A stretch of 64,000 nucleotides of DNA from Candidatus Sericytochromatia bacterium (GCA_036676985.1 JAKFBU010000004.1:64001-128000), one strand, 5' to 3'. Counted from the first letter of the stretch, positions 1-9,834 are shown. Numbers and translations: made by a program. Notes: generated from the sequence alone by a model not told the origin.

Positions 1-714
1 CAGTCCATCCTGGACCTGAACCTGCGCACGGTCATGTGCGTGCCCCTGATGGTCAAGCAGGAAGCCCTGGGCGTCCTGTACGTCGACTCACAGGCGGTGG
101 TCAACGCCTTCACGGACCGCGATCTGGACCTGTTGCGCTCGATCGCGAGCCAGGCCTCGGTGGCCATCCAGAACGCGAAGCTGTACGAGCGCGCGACGGT
201 GGACGGACTCACGCGCCTCTACGTCCGCTCGTACTTCGAGCAGCGGCTCTCGTCCGAACTGCGGCGGGTGCTCCGCTACGGCGGCGAGGTCTCGCTCTGC
301 ATGATGGACATCGACCACTTCAAGAAGTTCAACGACACCTACGGTCACGCGACGGGCGACGAGGTGCTCAAGCTGGTGGCCCGGGTCATCAAGGAGCAGA
401 TCCGGGTGGACGTGGACATCCCGGGCCGCTTTGGCGGCGAGGAGATGCTCGTCCTGATGCCCGAGACGGGCATCGAGGGGGCGATGAACCTCGCGGAGCG
501 CCTGCGCCACGCGATCGAGACGACGGATCTGCCGGGCCCGAACGGCGAGACGCTGCACGTGACGGTGTCGATGGGCGTGGCGACCGTGCCCCTGCATGCG
601 CAGACGATGGTCGAGCTCGTGGAGTTCGCGGACCAGGCGCTGTACCGGTCGAAGCGCGGCGGGCGTAACCAGGTGACGCTGTACGATCCGGCGGCGAGCG
701 AGGCGGCGCACTAG
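1..714 (+). CDS. GAF-GGDEF diguanylate cyclase (5' partial)
   Basis: Frame open from base 1; GAF-like LGVLYVDS...AIQNAKLYE, then DGLT, DIDHFKKFNDTYGH and GRFGGEE. Confidence 0.92.
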   Translation, partial: QSILDLNLRTVMCVPLMVKQEALGVLYVDSQAVVNAFTDRDLDLLRSIASQASVAIQNAKLYERATVDGLTRLYVRSYFEQRLSSELRRVLRYGGEVSLCMMDIDHFKKFNDTYGHATGDEVLKLVARVIKEQIRVDVDIPGRFGGEEMLVLMPETGIEGAMNLAERLRHAIETTDLPGPNGETLHVTVSMGVATVPLHAQTMVELVEFADQALYRSKRGGRNQVTLYDPAASEAAH

Positions 715-734
715 TTCCTGACCAAGCTCAGTTG

Positions 735-922
735 ACCCCCCCTTCCCCCCCTGCTTCGCAAGGGGGGCATAAAGAGTCCTGCTGTGCAGGATTGCAGAAT
801 GGGGGCCTCGCAGGGAGGCCGGCTGCGTAGGAAAGACGCCGAAGCCTTACAACAAATCAGCCCCGGCGAAGCCGGGGCCAATCCTTATGCCCCCCTTGCG
901 AAGCAGGGGGGGAAGGGGGGGT
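735..922. repeat. MITE-like element with perfect 38-bp terminal inverted repeats and internal hairpins
   Basis: 735-772 ACCCCCCCTTCCCCCCCTGCTTCGCAAGGGGGGCATAA is the exact reverse complement of 885-922. Confidence 0.85.
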
Positions 923-930
923 AAGAGTCG

Positions 931-1875
931 CTACTTCCCGAACAACCCCTTCAGCTTGCCCAGTAACCCACCCGGCTCAGGGCCGAGGCCCTGGGGAGCG
1001 ACGGGCTGGATGGAGGGCTGCACGGCGGGCTGGATCACCGGCTGCACCAGCGGACCCGTCTTGCCGCCGCTCAGGTTGCCCGTCATCCCCTTGTTCTGCT
1101 GGTTCGGAGCCGGGAAGAGACGGCAGATGACCGGATCGTTCTTGTAGTTGTCGTAGAAACCGCAGATCGCGTAGGCCTTGCCTTTGAGACGCTCGATGGC
1201 AAGCTCGTTGAGCCGCTCCCAGGCCTCCTCGTACTGGCAGTTGTAGATCTGCTCCATCTGGGCCGAGGCTTCCTGGTGCCCGCGCAAGGTCTCGTCGTAC
1301 TGGAACAGCGAGACCTGGGCCCGCTGCTTCAGCTTGGGGTTGGTTGCAAGGACGTCGGCGATCGCCTGCGCCATCTCGCGCTGGCCGGGGTTCAGGGCGC
1401 GGAAGGGCGCCGGCACGGGGTCATAGGGTTCGGGCTCCGGCTCCACGGCCTCGACCGTCTCGGTCTCGCTCGCCTCGGACGCGAGCGACTCGTCGCCCTC
1501 CTCGGCCGGTGGCGGCTCGATGAAGGCCGCGGGCGCCTCTTCCGTAGCGTACTCGATGAAGGCCTCGGGCTCGGGTTCCGGCTCGGGAGGCAATGGGTTG
1601 TCCACCAGGTGCAAGGCGAAGCGCAGCACGGTGATGGGCCCGCCGAACAGCGTCGTCAGGTGACGGACGTAGTTGAGCTCCTTGCGGACCTCCTCGAGGC
1701 GCTGCGGCACGGCGATCTTGAGCGAGGCCAACGGCGGCGTCTGGAGCTGCCGCGTGCTGCGCGAGGGCGCAGCGGCCTGCTGCGAGCCGCTCGAGACGAA
1801 GGCGTCCGAGAAGTGCTTGGTCGATTGCCGCCCGAGCGGCTGCGTTCCCCGCTTATCGTTCGGAGGGTGCTGCAT
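931..1875 (-). CDS. Hypothetical protein, paralogue of 41638-42345
   Basis: 314 aa ORF; acidic/Pro-rich linker; C-terminal LKGKAYAICGFY...LFPAPNQQ block shared with the other gene. Confidence 0.75.
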   Translation of the reverse strand: MQHPPNDKRGTQPLGRQSTKHFSDAFVSSGSQQAAAPSRSTRQLQTPPLASLKIAVPQRLEEVRKELNYVRHLTTLFGGPITVLRFALHLVDNPLPPEPEPEPEAFIEYATEEAPAAFIEPPPAEEGDESLASEASETETVEAVEPEPEPYDPVPAPFRALNPGQREMAQAIADVLATNPKLKQRAQVSLFQYDETLRGHQEASAQMEQIYNCQYEEAWERLNELAIERLKGKAYAICGFYDNYKNDPVICRLFPAPNQQNKGMTGNLSGGKTGPLVQPVIQPAVQPSIQPVAPQGLGPEPGGLLGKLKGLFGK

Positions 1876-1942
1876 GCGAAAGATCCCCCAGCTGAGTGCC
1901 AGGGGATCTTGTTCCCACGTCGCTTGGTTTATAACCGGCGAA

Positions 1943-2188
1943 CTAGCGGCCGAAGCCCACCCGCGGGCGCTCCTTGCTCTCTTCCAGCTTGGGACGACGG
2001 AAGATGAACGGGTTGGCCGTCACGAGGGACCACCCCTCCTTGCCCAGGTCGTTGAGACGGGCCTTGGGATCCGTTCCCAGATCCTCGAGGTACTCGTACT
2101 CCCACTCCTGGTGCTTCTTGTCATCGGCTGCGATAGAGGGAACCAACGGGGTGCCGGCCTCGCGACCGGCGGCTCGAACTCGATCCAT
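1943..2188 (-). CDS. Small DUF4177-like protein
   Basis: WEYEY...RLNDLGKEGWSLV...FRRP pattern; AAGGAG upstream. Confidence 0.65.
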   Translation of the reverse strand: MDRVRAAGREAGTPLVPSIAADDKKHQEWEYEYLEDLGTDPKARLNDLGKEGWSLVTANPFIFRRPKLEESKERPRVGFGR

Positions 2189-2274
2189 GGAAGGGCTCCT
2201 TTCAAAGTCGGGGGCAATTTTACCATGGATGAACCCGCCCCGGGCCCTCGACGGGACCGGGGCGGTACCAAGGC

Positions 2275-3363
2275 CTAGAAGGCCAGGCGGGTGTGGAGCG
2301 CCACCTGGTTGTTGTTCACGCCGCTGGCGTAGTTGACGTTCTGGTTGTCCAGCACGAAGGCCAGGTTACCGCCGAGGGGGCGGTAGGCGATGCCCGCGAT
2401 GGTCTCCAGCCGGTCGTCTCCCGTGGCATCCACGTTGGGGTCCACAGTGTCGGCCCGGAGCACGAGCTCCAGGGGCTGGCCGGTGAACGCCAGGGGCACG
2501 GTGCCGAAGGCCGAGAGGATCTGGCCGTTGGTGACGGCCCCGCCGAGCGGAGCATCCATCATGCGTGAGCCCTGCACGGCCACCCGGAAGCCGGGCGTGC
2601 TGTAACCGAGGATCACCGAGGCGCGATCGGCCTGGTCGGCCGTCGAGAGGTTGCCGCGGCGCCCCAGGAGGCTGAGATCCAGGCCGGCGAGCGGGCTCAG
2701 GGTGACGCTGCCCTCGAGCGACTTGCGGCCGTCGGTCTCCGTGGCGCGGAAGCCCTCGCCGTTGGCGAATGCCAGGTTGTAGCGCAGCCAGCCGTGGTTG
2801 CCCTTCCACTTGAGGGCCTTGTCCCAGATCTGGATGTAGGAGGGGTTGGTCCCGCCGAAGGAGTAACGGGCCACGCCGCCCTCCATGGGCACGACCGAGA
2901 GCATGCGGTAGTCCCAGTAGCTGTACTCGGTCTCGGACCACGGCATCCAGACCATGCCGAGCTGCATCATGCTGCCCTGGTACAGGAGGTTGTCGCCCTG
3001 GATGTAGGCCATCTGCAGGAGCTCGGTGTGCGGTTCGGTCTGGGTCGTGCTCGTGACGCTGGTGACGGCCGTGCCGCCGACGCCGGGGGGCACCAGGACG
3101 GGGCCCGTGGTGCTGGAAACGGTGCGCACCCAGGTGTCCGAGTAGGCGTTGACCGTCACCTGGCCGGCCCAGGTCGCATCGAGGCGGGCCTTGCCCGTCA
3201 GGTAGGCGCGCATGAGGTTGAAGGACCCGGCGCCCGACGGGGTGGGCATCCGGTAGTCGGCGAAGATGAGCCCGGAGACGCTCGTCGACGGGGTCTGCGC
3301 GAGGGCGGGCGTCGCCGTTCCGACGGCGATCGCGGCGGCAAGCAAGAGGCTGGATTTGGTCAT
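2275..3363 (-). CDS. Outer-membrane beta-barrel/porin-like protein
   Basis: Signal peptide ending ALA-Q, amphipathic beta strands, terminal Phe; divergent from the ABC transporter. Confidence 0.7.
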   Translation of the reverse strand: MTKSSLLLAAAIAVGTATPALAQTPSTSVSGLIFADYRMPTPSGAGSFNLMRAYLTGKARLDATWAGQVTVNAYSDTWVRTVSSTTGPVLVPPGVGGTAVTSVTSTTQTEPHTELLQMAYIQGDNLLYQGSMMQLGMVWMPWSETEYSYWDYRMLSVVPMEGGVARYSFGGTNPSYIQIWDKALKWKGNHGWLRYNLAFANGEGFRATETDGRKSLEGSVTLSPLAGLDLSLLGRRGNLSTADQADRASVILGYSTPGFRVAVQGSRMMDAPLGGAVTNGQILSAFGTVPLAFTGQPLELVLRADTVDPNVDATGDDRLETIAGIAYRPLGGNLAFVLDNQNVNYASGVNNNQVALHTRLAF

Positions 3364-3513
3364 CGGTACCTGCTTTGGGTCGAGACGAGGCGGCGGTCGT
3401 TGGCGATCGCCTGGAAGCTAGCAGGGATTGAAGCATAAATACTATGAATGCCTCAATGATTTTTGGTAATATGGCCCGAGGTTCCCGCGCCTTCTAGATC
3501 TGGAGTGCCTGCC

Positions 3514-4368
3514 TTGAAATCGACTGCTGCTACGCTCCTGGCGTCCGTGCTGCTCCTGGCCCTCGCTGCCCCGTCTCCGGCCGAGCAGCCGGTGCTGCGC
3601 GTCGGCATGATCCCCGACGTGAACCCGACCAAGCTCATCCGGGACTCCCGGCCGCTCGTGAGCTACCTCGAGAAGAGGACCGGCGCCAAGGTCGAGCTGA
3701 CGGTCCCCACCAACTACGCGGCCGTCGTCGAGGCGCTCGCCAACGACCAGCTGGATTTCGCGTACCTGGGCGGCTTCACCTTCGTGCAGGCCCACAACCG
3801 CTCGGGTGTCGTGCCGCTGGTTCAGCGCGACACCGACCAGCACTTCCACTCGCTGTTCATCACGCAGACGGCCTCGGAGCTCAAGCGGCTGCAGGACGTC
3901 AAGGGAAAGACGTTCGCGTTCGGCGACGTCAACTCCACCTCGGGCCACCTCATGCCGTCCTACTTCATGCGCAAGCACGGCATCGATCCCAAGAAGGACC
4001 TCAAGGAGGTCGTCTACACGGGCGGCCATGACGCCACGGCCCTGGCCGTCGCCAACGGCAAGGTCGCGGCCGGCGCCATGGACGAGACGGTCTACAAGAA
4101 GCTCATGGACAAGGGGACCCTCACCAAGGACCAGATCCGCGTCTTCTACACCACCCCTGACTTCTTCGACTACGTCTGGGTGGCGCGCAAGGGGCTCGAC
4201 CCCAAGCTCCAGCAGAAGCTCGCGAACGCCTACCTGAGTCTGTCCGAGACGCGCGCCGAGGACAAGGTCCTCCTGGAGCTCCTGCGCGGCAAGAAGTTCG
4301 TCAAGGCCAACGCCAAGGACTATGACCGCCTGGAGCAGGCGGCCCGGGACGCCGGCCTCCTGAAGTGA
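3514..4368 (+). CDS. phnD: Phosphate/phosphite/phosphonate-family ABC substrate-binding protein (PhnD-like)
   Basis: Signal peptide; FAFGDVNSTSGHLMP and YTGGHDATALAV motifs; TTG start inferred from upstream GGAG. Confidence 0.8.
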   Translation: MKSTAATLLASVLLLALAAPSPAEQPVLRVGMIPDVNPTKLIRDSRPLVSYLEKRTGAKVELTVPTNYAAVVEALANDQLDFAYLGGFTFVQAHNRSGVVPLVQRDTDQHFHSLFITQTASELKRLQDVKGKTFAFGDVNSTSGHLMPSYFMRKHGIDPKKDLKEVVYTGGHDATALAVANGKVAAGAMDETVYKKLMDKGTLTKDQIRVFYTTPDFFDYVWVARKGLDPKLQQKLANAYLSLSETRAEDKVLLELLRGKKFVKANAKDYDRLEQAARDAGLLK

Positions 4369-5177
4369 TCCGCTACGACCTCCGGAACGTCGAACGACGC
4401 TATCGAGGGCCCGCCGGCGAGCCGGTGTCAGCCCTCGACGGCGTATCCCTGAGCATCCGGGCGGGCGATCGCGTGGCCCTCGTCGGGCCGAGCGGCTCGG
4501 GCAAGAGCACGTTCCTGCGCCTGTTGAACGGCACGCTCTTCGCAACGGCCGGGACGGTCTCGTACGACGGCTGGGAGGTCTCGGCCCAGGACGCGCGCCG
4601 GCTCAAGGCCATGCGCCGGGAGATCGGGGCGGTCCACCAGCACCTGGGCCTGGTACCGCCCCTGCCCGCCTACGAGAACGTGCTCGCGGGCCGGCTCGGT
4701 GAATGGCCGGTCTGGAAGGCCCTCCTCACGCGCCTCGTGCCCCCACGCGCGGACGTCGCGCGCGCCCGCGCGATCCTCGCGGAGGTGGGGCTCGGGGACA
4801 AGTGGCAGACGGTGACCCGGGCGCTGAGCGGCGGCGAGCAGCAGCGGGTGGCGATCGCCCGCCTCCTGATGCAGGATCCGGCGATCATGCTCCTGGACGA
4901 GCCGGTCTCGGCCCTGGACCCGGGGCTCTCCGAGGAGATCGTGCGCCGCCTCGTCGAGGTGCAGGCGCGGACCGGCAAGACGCTCGTGGCCTCCATGCAC
5001 GACGTGGTGCTCGCCCGCAAGCACTTCTCGCGCCTGGTGGGCCTCAAGCAGGGTCGCCTGCTCTTCGACCTCCCGACCGAGGAGGTCACCGAGGCCATGC
5101 TGCGTCAGCTCTACGAGGGAGCGGACCCGGAAGAGGCCGCGGGGGCCCTCGCGGGGATCGGCCATGGCCAACGCTAG
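4365..5177 (+). CDS. phnC: ABC ATPase (PhnC-like)
   Basis: Walker A GPSGSGKS, signature LSGGEQQRVAIAR, LLDEP; GTGA overlap with the upstream gene. Confidence 0.85.
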   Translation: MIRYDLRNVERRYRGPAGEPVSALDGVSLSIRAGDRVALVGPSGSGKSTFLRLLNGTLFATAGTVSYDGWEVSAQDARRLKAMRREIGAVHQHLGLVPPLPAYENVLAGRLGEWPVWKALLTRLVPPRADVARARAILAEVGLGDKWQTVTRALSGGEQQRVAIARLLMQDPAIMLLDEPVSALDPGLSEEIVRRLVEVQARTGKTLVASMHDVVLARKHFSRLVGLKQGRLLFDLPTEEVTEAMLRQLYEGADPEEAAGALAGIGHGQR

Positions 5178-6780
5178 GCGCTGGCTCTGGCTGGTGGCGC
5201 TCGTCACCCTGGGCTGGGCCTTCCACACGGTCGGGGCCACGGGCGAGGCCCTCGTCACGGGCATTCCGGCCATGGGGCGCCTCGTGGGCCAGCTCTTCCC
5301 GCCGGACGTCTCGCCCGAGTTCCTCTCCATGCTCGGTAGGCCGGTGTTCGAGACGCTCATGCTCTCGGTGCTCGGCATGGGGCTCGCGACGATCGTCGGC
5401 GTCCCGCTCGCCCTCATGGGCACCCAGACACTGTGGGGCGGCACCCGGGCGCTGGAGGAGGCGCGATCGCCCCTCGGCGCCTTCCTGTACCATGCCGCCC
5501 GCCGGACGCTGGACGTGTTCAGGGCGGTGCCCGATCTGGCCTGGGCGCTCCTGTTCGTGGCGGCGGTGGGGCTCGGCTCCCTGCCGGCCCTGATCGCCCT
5601 CGGCATCTCCTACGCGGGCATGCTCGGCAAGGGCGTCTCCGAGATCCTGGAGGGCGTCGACCCGACGCCTGCCGCGGCCCTGCGGGGCTCGGGCGCCGGA
5701 CGCCTCGGCGCCATGGTCTGGGCGGTGGTGCCCCAGGCATGGTCCCAGATCGTGGCCTACACCTTCTACTGCTGGGAGTGCAGCATGCGGGCCTCGGCCC
5801 TGATGGGCTTCGTGGGCGCGGGCGGCATCGGCTACCAGATCGACCTGTCCATGCGCATGTTCGAGTTCCGGCAGGTCTCGACGCTCATCGCCGCGCTCCT
5901 CCTCTTGATCGGCCTGGTGGACCTCACGAGCCACCTCGTCCGCCGCAGCCTGCTCGGCGAGCCGAGCGTGGGCCGTCGCCGCTTCGGACGCGCCCTGACA
6001 GCCGGGCTCGCGCTCCTCTTCGTGGGGGGGATGGCGAGCATGCAGGGGGCCTGGGGCCAGCTCTTCACGGGCCAGGCCGCCCGGAACCTCGGGCGCTTCA
6101 CGGGGGGCTTCTGGCCCATGGCGACGGGCTCCGAGTACGTCCAGCTCGTCGTCTCGAAGCTCGCCGAGACGCTCGCCATCTCGGTGGCGGCCACCGCCAT
6201 CGGCGCGCTCCTGGCCTTCCTGTTCTGCGTGCCCGCGGCCCGCGCGGAGACGTTCCTGCTCTCGCCCCCGTCCGGCCCCATCGCCGGGCTCCTGCGCACG
6301 GGCTTCGTCGCGAGCCGGGCGGTATTGAACCTCCTGCGCTCGGTGCCCGAGGTCCTGTGGGCACTCCTGCTCATCGTGGCCGTGGGACTCGGTCCCTTCG
6401 CGGGGGCGCTCGCCCTCAGCCTGCACACGGGCGGGGTGCTCGGCAAGCTCTATGCCGAGGCCCTCGAGGAGGCCGACTACACCCCCGTGCATGCCCTGCT
6501 CGGCATGGGCGCGCCCGTGGCGAGCGCCATCGCCTACGCGGCCCTGCCGGTCGCCCTGCCCACCCTGCTCGCCTTCACGCTCCTGCGCTGGGAGGTCAAC
6601 CTCCGGGTGGCCACCATCCTCGGCTTCGTGGGCGGCGGCGGCCTCGGCCAGGAGCTCTGGAACCAGATCCAGCTCGGCTTCTACGACCGGGTGGCTACCA
6701 TCCTCGTGGTCATCTTCGCCGTCGTGCTGCTCGTCGATCAATTGAGCGCCGGGTTGCGGCGATCGCTCGCGCGCGTCTAG
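5164..6780 (+). CDS. phnE: ABC permease with two fused PhnE/PtxC domains
   Basis: Two repeats: RAVPDLAWALLF/RSVPEVLWALLL and GFVGAGGIG/GFVGGGGLG. Confidence 0.85.
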   Translation: MANARRWLWLVALVTLGWAFHTVGATGEALVTGIPAMGRLVGQLFPPDVSPEFLSMLGRPVFETLMLSVLGMGLATIVGVPLALMGTQTLWGGTRALEEARSPLGAFLYHAARRTLDVFRAVPDLAWALLFVAAVGLGSLPALIALGISYAGMLGKGVSEILEGVDPTPAAALRGSGAGRLGAMVWAVVPQAWSQIVAYTFYCWECSMRASALMGFVGAGGIGYQIDLSMRMFEFRQVSTLIAALLLLIGLVDLTSHLVRRSLLGEPSVGRRRFGRALTAGLALLFVGGMASMQGAWGQLFTGQAARNLGRFTGGFWPMATGSEYVQLVVSKLAETLAISVAATAIGALLAFLFCVPAARAETFLLSPPSGPIAGLLRTGFVASRAVLNLLRSVPEVLWALLLIVAVGLGPFAGALALSLHTGGVLGKLYAEALEEADYTPVHALLGMGAPVASAIAYAALPVALPTLLAFTLLRWEVNLRVATILGFVGGGGLGQELWNQIQLGFYDRVATILVVIFAVVLLVDQLSAGLRRSLARV

Positions 6781-6962
6781 CCGACCGCTGGCACCTCTCA
6801 ACTTCCACTAGCCCGACACCCAGGCCAACGCCGGGAGCCCGGATCGGCGCTCGGGGCGCATGCCCTGGAGCCCGGCTTGCGCCGAGGTGACGGCCGGCAC
6901 GCCCCCTGAAGCCCGACCCTACCTCCTCCGGCTCCCGCGTCCCGTGTATGACATTCAGCCGA

Positions 6963-6991
6963 GTGACACGTAAACGTTTGTGTGCTAATGT
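6963..6991 (+). promoter_or_regulatory. Putative sigma70 promoter of preA overlapped by a LacI/PurR-like palindrome
   Basis: GTGACA-17bp-TAATGT with extended TG; ACGTAAACGTTTGTGT at 6968-6983. Confidence 0.45.
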
Positions 6992-7033
6992 GAACTCTTC
7001 CTAAGCAAGCATCCCTTGAGTGAGGAGGATCGG

Positions 7034-8323
7034 ATGTCCCTAGCCATCGAGTTCGCCGGCGTCAAGTTCCAGAACCCGTTCACGCTCGCCTCTGCCCCTC
7101 CCACGACCACCGGGGAGATGATCATGCGGGCCTACGAGGCCGGCTGGGGCGGGGCCATCATCAAGACGGCCGGTCCGGCGCACGAGCGGATCGACAACGT
7201 CAGCCCGCGCTTCGCGGCGCTCAACGTCGGCAACCGCCGCATGTTCGGCTTCGAGAACATCGAGCTCATCAGCGATCGCCCGCTCGAGGTCTGGCTGGAG
7301 GAGTGCCGCCGGATCAAGGACCAGTACCCCGAGCACGTCCTCATCGGCTCCATCATGGCCGCGGGCGGCTCCGAGGCCGACTGGAAGGAGCTCACGCGCC
7401 TCTTCCAGGACGCGGGCTGCGACATGATCGAGTGCAACCTCGGCTGTCCGCACGGCATGCCCGAACGCGGCATGGGCTCGGTCTGCAGTCAGAACCCCGA
7501 GGTCACGGGCAACATCACCCGCTGGGTGACCGAGGTCGCCCGGGTGCCCATGATCATCAAGCTCTCGCCCAACGTCACCGACATCACGGTGCCCGCCCGG
7601 GCGGCCGTCACCAACGGCGCGCACGCCGTCTCGGCCATCAACACCCTCAACGTGCTCATGGGCGTCGACATCGAGGACTTCAGCGTCAGCCCCTCGGTCA
7701 AGGGCCGCACCACCTACGGCGGCTACTCGGGCGTGGCGGTCAAGCCCATCGCCCTCAAGGCCGTCTCGGACATCGCCCGCAAGTTCCCCGGCTTCCCCGT
7801 CTCGGCCACCGGCGGCATCGCCACCTGGAAGGACGCCGTCGAGTTCCTCGCGGTGGGCGCCACCAACCTCCAGGTCTGCACCGAGGTCATGCTGCGCGGC
7901 TTCGGCATCGTCAAGGAGCTCAACAAGGGCCTTGAGGAGTACATGGAGCGCAAGGGCTTCAACTCCCTGCAGGAGATCGTGGGCCTGGCGCTTCCGAACG
8001 TCACGGACCACTCCAAGCTCGACTTCCAGTACCGCCCCAAGGCCGTCATCGACCAGGCCCGCTGCATCAAGTGCGACAAGTGCTACACCGCCTGCAACGA
8101 TGCGGCTTATCAGGCGATCGCCCTGCCGCATGCCTTCGGCACCCCCATCAAGGAGCGCGGCGTGCCCGAGGTCCACCTGGACCTCTGCACCGGCTGCTCG
8201 CTCTGCTCGCACGTCTGCCCGGTGGACTGCATCGACATCGTCGAGGTGGCCGGCGCCCCGCGCGAGGTCTCGCACTACAAGGAAATGACCGTCCCCGCGT
8301 CCAACCCCTCGGTTCGCGTCTAG
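7034..8323 (+). CDS. preA: Dihydropyrimidine dehydrogenase subunit PreA
   Basis: NPFTLASAPPT, NIELISDRP, NLGCPHGM, C-terminal 2x[4Fe-4S] (CIKCDKC, CTGCSLCSHVCP); GAGGAGG RBS. Confidence 0.92.
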   Translation: MSLAIEFAGVKFQNPFTLASAPPTTTGEMIMRAYEAGWGGAIIKTAGPAHERIDNVSPRFAALNVGNRRMFGFENIELISDRPLEVWLEECRRIKDQYPEHVLIGSIMAAGGSEADWKELTRLFQDAGCDMIECNLGCPHGMPERGMGSVCSQNPEVTGNITRWVTEVARVPMIIKLSPNVTDITVPARAAVTNGAHAVSAINTLNVLMGVDIEDFSVSPSVKGRTTYGGYSGVAVKPIALKAVSDIARKFPGFPVSATGGIATWKDAVEFLAVGATNLQVCTEVMLRGFGIVKELNKGLEEYMERKGFNSLQEIVGLALPNVTDHSKLDFQYRPKAVIDQARCIKCDKCYTACNDAAYQAIALPHAFGTPIKERGVPEVHLDLCTGCSLCSHVCPVDCIDIVEVAGAPREVSHYKEMTVPASNPSVRV

Positions 8324-8332
8324 GAGAGCCCC

Positions 8333-9649
8333 ATGAAGAAACTCATGACCTCGCAGGAAGTCCTCGCCAAGCGCTCGCAGTACATGGCCCCCACGGCCAA
8401 GCACTGGTACACCAACCCCCCGCACTTCGTCTCGGGCAACATGCAGCACCTCTTCGACGAGACGGGCAAGGAGTACCTGGATCTCTTCGCCGGCATCTGC
8501 ACCGTCAGCGTCGGCCACAGCAACCCCTCGGTCACCGAGCGCGTGGTGCAGCAGGCCCAAACGCTCCAGCACACCTCGACGGTCTTCCTGAGCCAGGGCA
8601 TCGTCGAGCTCGCCGAGCGGCTCGCCAAGATCACCCCGGGCCGCCTCCAGAAGAGCTTCCTCACCAACTCGGGCACCGAGGCCAACGAGGCCGCCATCCT
8701 CATGGCCAAGAACCACACGGGCCGCACCGAGATCATCGCGCTGCGCCATTCCTACCACGGCCGCAGCTACCTGGCGGGCTCCCTGACGGCTCAGAGCGCC
8801 TACCGGGTGGACCTCACGCCGGTGCCGGGCATCTCCTTCGCGCCCAACCCCTACTGCTACCGCTGCCCCTTCGGCAAGGAGCCGGGTTCGTGCGCGATGG
8901 AGTGCACCAAGGCCCTGGAGGACGTCATCCAGACCCAGACCTCGGGCGCTCCGGCGGTCATGATCGCCGAGCCCATCCAGGGCGTGGGCGGCATCATCAC
9001 GCCTCCCAAGGACTACTTCCCCGAGGTCAAGCGGATTCTCGAGAAGTACGGCATCCTGTTCATCGCCGACGAGGTCCAGACGGGCTTCGGCCGCACGGGC
9101 GGCAAGTGGTTCGGCATCGAGCAGTGGGGCGTCGAGCCGGATCTCATGACCATGGCCAAGGGCATCGCCAACGGCTATCCGGCGGGTGCGGCGATCGCCC
9201 GGGCCGAGGTCGCCGACAGCCTGCAGCGCGGCACGATCAACACCTTCGGCGGCAACCCCATCTCCAGCGAGGCGGCCTTGGCCACCATCGACTACCTGGA
9301 GGAGCACCGGCTCCTGGACAACGCCACCCAGGTCGGCGGCTACTTCAAGGACCGCCTGATGGAGCTGGCCGAGACCTACCCGGTGATCGGCGAGGTGCGC
9401 GGCATGGGCCTCATGCTCGGCGTGGAGCTCGTCAAGGACAAGAAGACCAAGGAGCCCGCGCCCGACTTCGCCAACCAGGTGATGGACATGACCCAGGAGG
9501 CGGGTGTCGTCATCGGCAAGGGCGGCATCCACGGCAACACGCTGCGGATCCAGCCGCCGATGGTCGTCACCAAGCAGGACGTGGACCGCGGGATCACGGC
9601 CCTCAAGGGCGCCCTCGAGGGGATCTCGAAGACCGTCGCTCGGGCATAG
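8333..9649 (+). CDS. Class III PLP aminotransferase (probable beta-alanine/aminoisobutyrate transaminase)
   Basis: [30 protein letters not shown]; follows preA; substrate inferred from context. Confidence 0.85.
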   Translation: MKKLMTSQEVLAKRSQYMAPTAKHWYTNPPHFVSGNMQHLFDETGKEYLDLFAGICTVSVGHSNPSVTERVVQQAQTLQHTSTVFLSQGIVELAERLAKITPGRLQKSFLTNSGTEANEAAILMAKNHTGRTEIIALRHSYHGRSYLAGSLTAQSAYRVDLTPVPGISFAPNPYCYRCPFGKEPGSCAMECTKALEDVIQTQTSGAPAVMIAEPIQGVGGIITPPKDYFPEVKRILEKYGILFIADEVQTGFGRTGGKWFGIEQWGVEPDLMTMAKGIANGYPAGAAIARAEVADSLQRGTINTFGGNPISSEAALATIDYLEEHRLLDNATQVGGYFKDRLMELAETYPVIGEVRGMGLMLGVELVKDKKTKEPAPDFANQVMDMTQEAGVVIGKGGIHGNTLRIQPPMVVTKQDVDRGITALKGALEGISKTVARA

Positions 9650-9662
9650 GCGACTTAAACTC

Positions 9663-9694
9663 AAGCGGCGGGAGGGCGACCTCCCGCCGCTTTT
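9663..9694 (+). terminator. Rho-independent terminator
   Basis: AAGCGGCGGGAGG-gcga-CCTCCCGCCGCTTTT. Confidence 0.8.
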
Positions 9695-9740
9695 GTATGG
9701 CTGTCAGATTGGTAGCCTGCCCTGGACATGACGTCTGCGC

Positions 9741-9834
9741 TCCCGTCATTCTCGCGAAAGCGGGGTCACCCTCGCGAAGGCGGGGGCCACCGTATACGCA
9801 GCTTTGGACCCCCGCTTTCGCGAGGGTGACGGGA
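9741..9834. repeat. REP-like palindromic element (copy 1)
   Basis: GTCACCCTCGCGAAGGCGGGGG...CCCCCGCTTTCGCGAGGGTGAC; related copy at 41498-41598. Confidence 0.8.

Noticed and set aside
735-922. Repeat elements as CRISPR arrays
   Set aside because: They are inverted pairs, not direct repeats with spacers; no cas genes in the window
3514-6780. Phosphonate or phosphite catabolism
   Set aside because: Only the transporter is present; no C-P lyase, phnX or ptxD, so the substrate is unresolved
3300-9200. Frequent GCGATCGC (cyanobacterial HIP1 octamer)
   Set aside because: Readily produced by Ala-Ile-Ala codons in GC-rich DNA; enrichment cannot be shown without an observed/expected calculation
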